DNA of 64,000 nt from Candidatus Latescibacterota bacterium (GTDB lineage Bacteria; Latescibacterota; UBA2968). The notes beneath the pieces were generated by a model that had not been told where the DNA came from, did not search any database, and saw only the letters and a program-made list of their open reading frames with translations. The stretch's first letter is position 1. Each line of letters opens with the position of its first letter. The DNA is taken from NCBI GenBank assembly GCA_965204375.1, contig OZ241986.1:4610898-4674897 (forward strand). Direction: 5' to 3'. Positions 1 to 8,205 of this stretch are shown one piece after another. The position numbers were made by a program, and so were the translations under genes.

Positions 1-1439
1 CTCGTCGTCTGCTCCAAGCCCTCGGCGATGGTTTGCTCCAGACTCTTGTGGAGAATTTTGCACTCAATCACAATCTTGTGCGTGATCTCTCCCTGCGGCC
101 AGACAATCAGCAGGTCCGTGCGCCCACGGCCAAGACCATACTCCCGCTCAATGCGTCCGCCGCTGTTCACGATGCGCTGGAGAAATGCCTGCAACAGCAA
201 CTGCGGACCGGCCTCCTGATACTGAAACCTCGTCACCCAATGCTCTGAATGCTCGCGGAAGAAGGTCTGAAACGCGGTCATCAGCTTGACCACATTCAGG
301 CTGCCATCGGCATTGACGTACCAGGCGGTGTCTTGCTCAAATTCCCCTTGTACCACCCACGTCAGTTCACGCGGCACAACTTCGGCGTAGATGGGATTGG
401 CAATGCGGTACGGCAGATCCTGAGCCACTAAGCCGAGATCCCGCACATACTCGAGGTCGCGGTTGATGAAGCGGCGTTCCTCAGCCCCACTCAAGAGCGG
501 TTCAATCACGCGCTGCACGCGCTTCTCCTGCAACTTGTCGGCCAACTGATCCAGATGTGTTTCTCGGCGCAGGATGAGTTGCTCTTGCGCCTCGCGGATG
601 GCGTCGGCAGTGATCGAGATACCCCGGTCCTCTGCGGCATCGCCATAGAAGCAGGTTTCTTCCGCCAGTGCGTTGACCAGCCACGGCTGTCCCTGAGTCT
701 GTGTCCAGATCAGTTCTATTGCGTCGGGTGTGAACACCTGTCCTGTCTCATCCGTATGCTGGTTGAGCAGGGCGAGCACCTCGTCTCGCGAGAAATCGCC
801 CAGGCGCAGGGATCGCGCTTTGATATTAAACGCACTGCCACCGGCGATGATGGCATTGGCTGAACTGGAATGGATGCGGTAATCGCGCACATCGCGCACG
901 CCGCACAACACCACACTTTGCGGAAAACCCTTTGGGCGCAGATCGTAGCCCGCTCGCAATTGACGCAGCACGGACAGGAGCGCGTCGCCAATCAGAGAAT
1001 CAATCTCGTCAATGAGCAACACCAGAGGCTTGGGATCCGCCTCTGCCCAGCGGGTCAATGCCTCCTGTAGAGCAACACCCGGCCCAACCTCGGCGAGAAG
1101 ATCAGGCCACATCTTGCCCAAAAATTCGTCGCCGAGCGTCAAGCGTGCCCGAGACGCCAATCCGGCCAGAATAGTACGCGTCACCTGTTCCAAATCTTCG
1201 CGCAGAGCCTGTCCACCTTCGACGTTGACATACACACAGCGATAGTCGCTTTCGGCATTGAGCAAGTCGCGCAGAGCCAAAAGGGCAGAGGTCTTGCCTG
1301 TCTGCCGGGGCGCGTGCAGGACAAAATAGCGTTTGTCGCGGATGAACCTGCGAACTTCGTTGAGGTCGAGCCGCTGTAGGGGCGGGATGCAATAGTGGTC
1401 CGCAGCGACTACTGGCCCGGTCGTGTTGAAAAAACGCAT
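1..1439 (-). CDS. AAA-ATPase-like / PD-(D/E)XK nuclease family protein; the 3' end runs off the left edge of the window and it is absent from the supplied ORF track
   Basis: My own minus-strand translation from ATG (1439-1437) gives MRFFNTTGPVVAADHYCIPPLQRLDLNEVRRFIRDKRYFVLHAPRQTGKTSALL... and stays open to position 1 (479 codons). It has a Walker A-like HAPRQTGKTS, a Walker B-like LVLLIDEID and a C-terminal GRTDLLIVWP...IVIECK block resembling a D..ExK nuclease motif. The short overlapping track ORFs in 28-1392 look like shadows of this gene. Confidence 0.75.
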   Translation of the reverse strand, partial: MRFFNTTGPVVAADHYCIPPLQRLDLNEVRRFIRDKRYFVLHAPRQTGKTSALLALRDLLNAESDYRCVYVNVEGGQALREDLEQVTRTILAGLASRARLTLGDEFLGKMWPDLLAEVGPGVALQEALTRWAEADPKPLVLLIDEIDSLIGDALLSVLRQLRAGYDLRPKGFPQSVVLCGVRDVRDYRIHSSSANAIIAGGSAFNIKARSLRLGDFSRDEVLALLNQHTDETGQVFTPDAIELIWTQTQGQPWLVNALAEETCFYGDAAEDRGISITADAIREAQEQLILRRETHLDQLADKLQEKRVQRVIEPLLSGAEERRFINRDLEYVRDLGLVAQDLPYRIANPIYAEVVPRELTWVVQGEFEQDTAWYVNADGSLNVVKLMTAFQTFFREHSEHWVTRFQYQEAGPQLLLQAFLQRIVNSGGRIEREYGLGRGRTDLLIVWPQGEITHKIVIECKILHKSLEQTIAEGLEQTT

Positions 1440-1554
1440 CGCTGTGTCTCCCTGTCTAATGCATTAGTTATCCTGAATATATACAACATTGCGACAGAAA
1501 AACAAAAAAATCTAAAAAAGTAAACGACCAACCGCTCTGCGCGTGGCGGCACAC

Positions 1555-1596
1555 CCTTCACCCTTCTTACTTCACACTTCTCACTTCATTCTTGAC
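1555..1596 (-). repeat. Heptanucleotide tandem repeat, about 6 degenerate units of NCTTCNN on the plus strand (GAAGTGW-type on the minus strand)
   Basis: Read directly in period 7: ccttcac ccttctt acttcac acttctc acttcat tcttgac. It belongs to the same family as the arrays at 11882-11950 and 13201-13235. Confidence 0.8.
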
Positions 1597-1620
1597 AGTC
1601 TCAATCCACCGCCATATATA
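1592..1620 (+). promoter_or_regulatory. Sigma70-like promoter candidate: TTGACA, 17-nt spacer, TATATA
   Basis: TTGACA lies at 1592-1597, followed by a 17-nt spacer and TATATA at 1615-1620. The ATG of the downstream gene starts at 1627, 7 nt after the -10 element, with no Shine-Dalgarno in between. Confidence 0.4.
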
Positions 1621-1626
1621 GGTGTC

Positions 1627-3573
1627 ATGGCTGAAGTCGCTCGAGAACACGAACAAAAAGACGCCATCGCGCGCGCATTGACCTATAAGTCAATCATACT
1701 GGGGCTAATCCTCGTACTCGTAGCCGCGCTCGGTGGATTTTACGCACGGCACATCTTGCACACAACGCGGCTGGCGCAAAATCACTTGTCCCTCGCCGTG
1801 GTATTTCCCTTTGCAATAACAGTCGTCTTCTTGCGGCATTATCTCAAACTCAACCGGGGCGAACTGCTCGTCATCTTTTCAATGGGCCTGATCGCCTCAA
1901 CCCTGCCAACGTATTTCTTGAGCCGATTAATCGCCAGCTTTTGCGTACCGTATTACCTCGCCGACCCCACAAATCGATGGGGTGAATTTACACACGATTA
2001 CCTGCCATCCTGGGCCGTAATTGAACCCGGTCCGGCACTGACGTGGTTCTTCGAGGGCTTGCCGCGCGGCGCGCCTGTTCCATGGGAAGTGTGGATCGGA
2101 CCTCTGTTCTGGTGGTTGAGCCTGCTCGCGGCACTCTGCGCGGTCTTGTTGTGTACAGCGGTAATCTTGCGCAAGCAATGGATCGAATACGAGCGACTCG
2201 ACTACGCCCTCATGGAATTGCCCCTCGCAATGGTCGAAGAAGGCGATACCCCGTCCCGCCTGCCGCCATTTATGCGCTCGCCGCTCTTCTGGATGGGCTT
2301 TTCCTTTTCGATCTTCGGCATACTATGGAACATCGTATCCTATTTTAACCCCACATTCCCCGTATTTCCATGGCGGTTTGAAGCCATATCATTTGGACGA
2401 GATTTTCAGTCCATTCGCATGAACCTCTACTGGCCCATTGTGGGATTTGCCTACTTTATCAATTTAGACATCTCGTTTAGCATCTGCTTTTTCTACCTCC
2501 TCGCGGTCATAGAAGAGGGATTATTCAACCGATTTGGCGTCATAATTTCAGAAGCAAATTTTGCTGGCACCTCCTTTGTGCCTGTGGGCTGGCAAATGAT
2601 CGGCGTGTGGTTTACCGTAGTCGGCTGGGGGCTTTGGATTGCGCGATCGCACCTCCGCGATGTCTTTCGCAAAGCATTCAAAGGCGATGCAAAAGTCAAT
2701 GACTCAGACGAATTGCTCTCTTATCGGGGCGCTGTCTTCGGCCTATTGGCCGGGCTACTTTACATGGCCTGCTGGTTTTACGCCTCGGGCATGGGCCTGT
2801 GGGTAATCGCGGTATTTCTCGTCGTCATGATGGTCGTCTATATCGGAATCTCGCGCATCATCGCCGAAACCGGCGTCATCACCATCCGCGCAGTTATGGT
2901 ACCGCAAACATTTATCATGTTCACATTTGGCACCACGCGACTATCTGCACAAACCATGGTCGCACTCGGCATGTCTTATGGCTGGTGCGGCGACATGAAA
3001 ACAACACTCATGCCCGCCTTAACCCACTCTGTCCGCTTATTTGACACCATACAGCACCACAAGCGGCAACTCGTCTGGGCTATGTGCCTCGCAATGGGCG
3101 TGGGCATCGTCGCATCCTGTTTGTATATCATATCCATGGGATACGAAGGCGGCGCGGGCAATTACGGATCGCAAATCTCCGGAGGCTTAGCGCGCGGCCC
3201 CTGGGACTTTGTGGTTAAATACGCAAGAGATCCCGTCAATCCCGACTGGCGCAAAATGGCCTTCTTCACCAGCGGCATCGCCTTCGCTGCCCTCCTGTAC
3301 TTCTTGCGCTACCGCTACACCTGGTGGCCTCTGCACCCACTGGGACTGGCAACCGGACCTGCGTATCCCGTAACCCATGTAATCTTCCCAATATTTCTCG
3401 GCTGGTTGAGCAAACTCGCGATCTTGCGTTTTGGCGGCAGCAGAACCTATCGCAGTGCCCGCCCCTTCTTCCTGGGATTGATCATGGGATACTACGTGGG
3501 TGCAGGCATCTCGTTCTTTGTCGATATGATCTGGTTTTACGGGCAAGGTCACGGCGTCCCGTTTTCCGATTGA
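1627..3573 (+). CDS. Large polytopic membrane protein of unknown function (paralog A)
   Basis: Track ORF 1543..3573. I moved the start to ATG 1627 because from there the N-terminus (MAEVAREHEQKDAIARALTYKSIILG) has the same length as that of paralog 6237..8189 (MAIRETQTQTAPLQRAVTVRSIVIG). There are many hydrophobic segments. Shared blocks include WFFEGLP, ILRKQW.E.ERL, FRKA, WWPLHP.G and PFFLGL..GY. I recognise no characterised family. Confidence 0.8.
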   Translation: MAEVAREHEQKDAIARALTYKSIILGLILVLVAALGGFYARHILHTTRLAQNHLSLAVVFPFAITVVFLRHYLKLNRGELLVIFSMGLIASTLPTYFLSRLIASFCVPYYLADPTNRWGEFTHDYLPSWAVIEPGPALTWFFEGLPRGAPVPWEVWIGPLFWWLSLLAALCAVLLCTAVILRKQWIEYERLDYALMELPLAMVEEGDTPSRLPPFMRSPLFWMGFSFSIFGILWNIVSYFNPTFPVFPWRFEAISFGRDFQSIRMNLYWPIVGFAYFINLDISFSICFFYLLAVIEEGLFNRFGVIISEANFAGTSFVPVGWQMIGVWFTVVGWGLWIARSHLRDVFRKAFKGDAKVNDSDELLSYRGAVFGLLAGLLYMACWFYASGMGLWVIAVFLVVMMVVYIGISRIIAETGVITIRAVMVPQTFIMFTFGTTRLSAQTMVALGMSYGWCGDMKTTLMPALTHSVRLFDTIQHHKRQLVWAMCLAMGVGIVASCLYIISMGYEGGAGNYGSQISGGLARGPWDFVVKYARDPVNPDWRKMAFFTSGIAFAALLYFLRYRYTWWPLHPLGLATGPAYPVTHVIFPIFLGWLSKLAILRFGGSRTYRSARPFFLGLIMGYYVGAGISFFVDMIWFYGQGHGVPFSD

Positions 3574-3635
3574 GCAATCAGCGGTCAGCAAAACTCTTTG
3601 CAGCGCAGAACAATGCTCACCGGATACGTCGTGAG

Positions 3636-3905
3636 CTATGCACTCAGCGTTAGCTCCTGAAGATATAAATTCCGCGCACTATCAGTGAGTGACACAGCAT
3701 TGAGACCGCCGAAACGGATAACATATTTTGCCCTTTCGTCGCTCGCTAAAATAAAAAATTCAGGATGGCTTTTGACGATTTGGATGACCGTTTCAGGAGA
3801 TATTTTGAGATCTCTTGCAATGCCCCCTGGCGTACGCCAATCACCTCTGGAGTGATAGATCACTTTGACAATATCCTTTATCATTCCTTGTTCATTTTGA
3901 TCCAT
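3636..3905 (-). CDS. Small hypothetical protein (89 aa), possibly winged-helix-like
   Basis: Track ORF 3636..4049. I moved the start to ATG 3905 (MDQNEQGMIKDIV...), which is preceded by AAGGAG 7 nt upstream. The longer N-terminal extension has no ribosome-binding site and low-complexity hydrophobic content. Confidence 0.5.
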   Translation of the reverse strand: MDQNEQGMIKDIVKVIYHSRGDWRTPGGIARDLKISPETVIQIVKSHPEFFILASDERAKYVIRFGGLNAVSLTDSARNLYLQELTLSA

Positions 3906-4206
3906 TTTCTTTCTCCTTTGATTGTGGCCCTGGGACAATATCCGATACGATGTCGATAACAGCGTCTTTGAACATATCACTAAAAAGGCTCGAAAAAAGA
4001 TCAGGCACCTCATTATGCTTTCAATATGCAGTATCGCGCTGTTGTTCACAACTTGAATTTGTGGATCGTCTGTTGAAGAGGAGAGGGAGCAGAACAGGCG
4101 TTAGTGTATATTTTGAGCGATGAATCAGTGGTATGGTGAAAGATATGTTCTTTTTATTATGCCGCGATGACAACCCAAACCTCCTGGATTAAGTCAAAAA
4201 CAAACA

Positions 4207-4248
4207 AAAGCCCGTCAATCACCATAGATTGACGGGCTTTCTTATTTT
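4207..4248. terminator. Strong bidirectional intrinsic-terminator-like hairpin not attached to any annotated gene end
   Basis: A perfect 14-bp stem pairs aaagcccgtcaatc (4207-4220) with gattgacgggcttt (4227-4240), with loop accata. A T-rich tract (cttatttt) lies downstream and an A-rich tract upstream. Confidence 0.55.
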
Positions 4249-4300
4249 CCTCTCCTAATTTGGGTTGCATTCTGGTATCGCGGATTAGATATTACAAAAC

Positions 4301-6133
4301 ATGACATCAAAAGCAAACAACGCGACGGATCGAATCTCGCACTATTTTCCCTATATTGTGGGCGGAACTGCGATAGTGATCCGTTTTTTTTATCTCTGGT
4401 CATTCTGGGCCAATCATCCGTTCTCGCAGAAACTCATCTCCGATGCGCGGATATTCGACGACTGGGCACTGCGCATCGCCTCGGGGGACTGGCTGGGTAC
4501 CTCTGAAGTCTTCATTCTACCCCCTCTGTATCCATATCTCATAGGAATCGTCTATGCGGTCTTTGGACATGCGCCCAAACTGATAATAGGCTTACAGGCC
4601 ATCGCCGGATGTGCCAGTGCGATACTGGTCTATCGATTGGGCGCACGGCATTTTGGCGCTTATGCGGGATTATTTGCAGGATTGCTATTCGCGATCTACG
4701 GACCGCAACTATTTTACGAAGGCATGCTACTGGGCACATCGGGTGCCGTATTCCTCAGCCTGATAGGATTGACGCTAATCTCAGGTAATAATAAAACCCA
4801 CTGGCACCTGGGGCTGGCCGGATTGGTCTTTGGACTGGCAACACTCCTGCGCCCCAACATCTTATCCGCAATCCCCTTCTTACTCTTCGGCGCGTGGTGG
4901 GCCTACCACAAAGCAACACCGACAAAACGTTCAATACGACTGGCGAGTTACTTTTTAGGAGGCCTGATACTCCCACTCTTCCTGTGCGGACTGCGAAATG
5001 GCCTGATCGCAGACGACTGGGTACTGATGACCGCGCACGGCGGCATCAACTTTTACATGGGCAACCACCCGGATGCGCCAGGCTGGTTCTCCGCGCCTCC
5101 TAATGTGGATGCACAGATCACCCCAGATGGGGCACAGGGTAATTTGGAAGAACCGCGTCGCGTGGCCGAAAATGCTCTGGGACGGTCCTTGAAAGCATCT
5201 GAAGTCTCTTCCTTCTGGTTTAATAAGGGCCTCGCATTCTGGATAGATGATCCCGTAGGCGCGATAGCCATAACCTTGCGAAAAGTGCGCCTATTTGCAT
5301 CGGGATACGAAGTCCCGCTCAATTACAATTTTTATTACCAGAGAAAATTCTCCGCCCTCCTGCGCTTTCCAATCACAGAACTGTGGATACTACTTCCCCT
5401 ATCCATCGTGGGACTCATCGTCGCAGCCCGGCAATTTGATCGCCATGCCATCCTGTATCTGTGGCTCATAGGATACGCGGCAGGCGTATTGGCATTTCAC
5501 GTATCATCGCGCTATCGCATGCCCGCAATCCCCATCCTCATGATATTTGCAGGGTTGGGAATATGGACATTGATATCCTGTGTACAATCACAAAAATGGA
5601 AAAACCTGTGCATCGGTGTAGCTGCACTGATCATCCTGTGGACCGGCTACCGCATTGAACTAAACGCACAACTCGCCCAAAACAACTGGGCCATGGACCC
5701 CTTCAATCTGGGCACGGCTTATTTGTGGGCAAACGAAAATGAACGGGCGCGATTATATCTCGAAGAAGCAGAAAAATACGGCCAGGGCGGTGCCGTCTTG
5801 TATTACAATTTGGGATTGGCTTATGCACGCACCGAACAAACAGAAGCCGCCAAAAACGCGTACCTTCAGGCACTATCTCAGGATCCCAACCTGGTGCGCG
5901 CCTATGTCAACCTCGGCAACATCTTATTTCACGAAGGAAAATTTCACGAAGCCATAAATAACTATCGGGAAGCACTGAAACGCGCCCCCAATACCCACAA
6001 TGCGCGTGCGAACATGGGCTGGGCATATTGGTCTCTGGGAAGAATAGACGAAGCGCGCAGTGCCTGGCAGCAAGTCTTGCAAAGAGCACCCGATCACCCC
6101 TCGGCAAAAGCTGGGATAGCGCGCACGCGTTAA
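4301..6133 (+). CDS. GT-C fold ArnT/PMT-like (family 39-type) glycosyltransferase with C-terminal TPR repeats
   Basis: 610 aa. The N-terminal two thirds hold many TM segments in the pattern typical of dolichyl/undecaprenyl-phosphate-sugar dependent transferases (FYLWSFW, LPPLYPYLIG). The C-terminal region has clear TPR units (YYNLGLAYARTEQTEAAKNAYLQALSQDPNLVRAYVNLGNILFHEGKFHEAINNYREALKRAP). Confidence 0.8.
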   Translation: MTSKANNATDRISHYFPYIVGGTAIVIRFFYLWSFWANHPFSQKLISDARIFDDWALRIASGDWLGTSEVFILPPLYPYLIGIVYAVFGHAPKLIIGLQAIAGCASAILVYRLGARHFGAYAGLFAGLLFAIYGPQLFYEGMLLGTSGAVFLSLIGLTLISGNNKTHWHLGLAGLVFGLATLLRPNILSAIPFLLFGAWWAYHKATPTKRSIRLASYFLGGLILPLFLCGLRNGLIADDWVLMTAHGGINFYMGNHPDAPGWFSAPPNVDAQITPDGAQGNLEEPRRVAENALGRSLKASEVSSFWFNKGLAFWIDDPVGAIAITLRKVRLFASGYEVPLNYNFYYQRKFSALLRFPITELWILLPLSIVGLIVAARQFDRHAILYLWLIGYAAGVLAFHVSSRYRMPAIPILMIFAGLGIWTLISCVQSQKWKNLCIGVAALIILWTGYRIELNAQLAQNNWAMDPFNLGTAYLWANENERARLYLEEAEKYGQGGAVLYYNLGLAYARTEQTEAAKNAYLQALSQDPNLVRAYVNLGNILFHEGKFHEAINNYREALKRAPNTHNARANMGWAYWSLGRIDEARSAWQQVLQRAPDHPSAKAGIARTR

Positions 6134-6177
6134 ATTAAATAGACACCTGATATTGCCATACGTATATTGGCTCGATT

Positions 6178-6225
6178 CATCATCCGCGCTATCCGCGTAA
6201 TCCCCGTAATCCGCGATCCGATTCG
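6178..6225 (+). repeat. Short tandem repeat, about 4-5 units of a 9-mer (T)AATCCGCG
   Basis: Read directly: catccgcg ctatccgcg taatccccg taatccgcg atccgattcgg. It lies immediately upstream of the GGAG/ATG of paralog B. Confidence 0.7.
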
Positions 6226-6236
6226 GAGTATCATGA

Positions 6237-8189
6237 ATGGCCATTCGCGAAACACAAACACAGACAGCACCTCTCCAACGCGCCGTAACCGTGCGGTCAA
6301 TCGTGATAGGTGCCCTGTGCGCAGGCTTCCTCGGATGGGGTGGACATTTTACGCGCCACATTGCACACACCACAAAAATGGCGCAGGACCATTTGCCGTG
6401 GGGCGCAGTCGTACCGTTTTTGTTAATAGCGGTCGTATTGAATAAAGTACTGGAAAAAGTGCGCCCACAATGGGTCTTGCGCCCTTCGGAATTGCTGGTC
6501 ATCTTCAGCATGGGCCTGGTCGCATCGGCATTGCCCAGCTATTTCATGGGACACTTAATCGCCAACGTATCCGCGCCATTTTACTTTGCCAACACAGAGA
6601 ACCGATGGGCAGACGACATACATCCGTACTTAGCTGAATGGGCGGTCGTAACCGACGCAACAGCTGCGCGGTGGTTTTTTGAAGGACTGCCAGCCGGCGC
6701 AACCATCCCCTGGGAAATCTGGATAACGCCGATGATCTGGCGCCTGAGCCTCGTATTTATGATCGGCGTATTTGGATTCTGTGCGGTTTCAATCCTGCGC
6801 AAGCAATGGGTAGAACACGAGCGCCTCACCTTTCCATTGATGACATTGCCACTGGAACTCGTCAACAGAGAACCGCGAGGATTCTGGCCCGTGGGCATCA
6901 TGAATCGCCCCGTATTCTGGTGGGGATTCGCGCTCGCTTCATTTCCCATTTACTGGAACATGGTTGGATATTTCCAACCGCTTTTTCCGACCATTCCCCG
7001 AGACCTGGGATTGATGGAATTCGGTCAGTACTTCCCGCCGATTCACACGCGGTTTTATCCAGTAATCATTGGCGTATCGTATTTTATGGACCTGGATGTA
7101 TTGCTTAGCATCATCGTCTTTCACCTGTTATTGACCCTTGAAATGGGACTGTTCAACCGCCTGGGAATCGAAATAGGCCCAACCCATGTGTGGCCGGCAT
7201 CGCAATTTGAAAACTGGCAGGGATTTGGTGCCCTGTGCGTGCTGGTGCCGTGGAGCTTGTGGATGGCGCGAGAACATCTGAGAAATGTATTTCGCAAAGC
7301 CGTGCTCAATGCGCGGGAGGTTGAAGACTCCGGCGAATTATTGTCCTACCGCGCAGCACTCGGCGGATTTCTGGCGAGCGGGCTATTTATTTTGAGCTGG
7401 TGTGTGGCATCCGGCATGTCGATCTTTGTCGCCCTGACCTTTTTGAGCCTTGTCGGCATTATCTGGCTGGGAATCACGCGCGTCTGCGTGGAGGGCGGCA
7501 TGATCAGCAGCCGCATGATACAGGGACAATTTGTCGCCTATCACCTGCTCGGTCCCGTAAATATTTCCCCATCGGGAATGGCGGCATTTGCCCTCACCGA
7601 GACATGGCACCACGATATAAAAACCATATTGATGGCCAACCTGGCCAATGCCACGCGGCTTTACGACAGCATCCGACACGAAAGAATGCGCCTGGTCATC
7701 GCCCTGGGATTGGCCATGCTGGTGGTGATAACCACAAGTGCGTATTATCAAATATCATCGAGCTATGTGACCGGCGCATTTAATTACGGCGGCATTTACG
7801 GTCCCTATGTACAGAACACTTTTGATACCATAGCCGGTCATATTCGGGACCCCTTTGCTCTGAAACGCGAGCGCATGCTCATCGCGCTCATTGGAATGGC
7901 AACCACGGCATTGATGCTATCCTTGCGCTATATATGGCCCTGGTGGCCCTTGCATCCGATCGGGTTTGCCGCCGTAACAGCGTATCCCGTCAACCGCATT
8001 GTATTCTCGATCTTCTTTGCATGGTTTTCTAAATTTATCATATTGCGGGCGGGCGGCATTGATCTATACCGCAAAGCATCGCCGTTTTTCCTGGGACTTA
8101 TGGTGGGGTATTTCACGGGCGTATTTGTGTCGTTTCTGGTAGATTGTATCTGGTTCCCAGAGCAGGGACATTCGCTGGCACTGTATTAA
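6237..8189 (+). CDS. Large polytopic membrane protein of unknown function (paralog B)
   Basis: 650 aa, collinear with 1627..3573 over its full length (see shared blocks there). GGAG at 6225-6228 lies 8 nt before the ATG. Confidence 0.85.
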   Translation: MAIRETQTQTAPLQRAVTVRSIVIGALCAGFLGWGGHFTRHIAHTTKMAQDHLPWGAVVPFLLIAVVLNKVLEKVRPQWVLRPSELLVIFSMGLVASALPSYFMGHLIANVSAPFYFANTENRWADDIHPYLAEWAVVTDATAARWFFEGLPAGATIPWEIWITPMIWRLSLVFMIGVFGFCAVSILRKQWVEHERLTFPLMTLPLELVNREPRGFWPVGIMNRPVFWWGFALASFPIYWNMVGYFQPLFPTIPRDLGLMEFGQYFPPIHTRFYPVIIGVSYFMDLDVLLSIIVFHLLLTLEMGLFNRLGIEIGPTHVWPASQFENWQGFGALCVLVPWSLWMAREHLRNVFRKAVLNAREVEDSGELLSYRAALGGFLASGLFILSWCVASGMSIFVALTFLSLVGIIWLGITRVCVEGGMISSRMIQGQFVAYHLLGPVNISPSGMAAFALTETWHHDIKTILMANLANATRLYDSIRHERMRLVIALGLAMLVVITTSAYYQISSSYVTGAFNYGGIYGPYVQNTFDTIAGHIRDPFALKRERMLIALIGMATTALMLSLRYIWPWWPLHPIGFAAVTAYPVNRIVFSIFFAWFSKFIILRAGGIDLYRKASPFFLGLMVGYFTGVFVSFLVDCIWFPEQGHSLALY

Positions 8190-8205
8190 AAGAACGGAAA
8201 TCAAC

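Noticed and set aside
1543-1626. Upstream GTG-type start of membrane paralog A, translating the heptad repeat (SPFLLHTSHFILDS)
   Set aside because: The extension is repeat-encoded and contains the promoter-like hexamers. Alignment with paralog B supports ATG 1627.
5924-6511. 195-aa minus-strand ORF spanning the GT-C gene end and the paralog B start
   Set aside because: It overlaps two well-supported plus-strand genes and the tandem 9-mer repeat, and has no ribosome-binding site or motifs.
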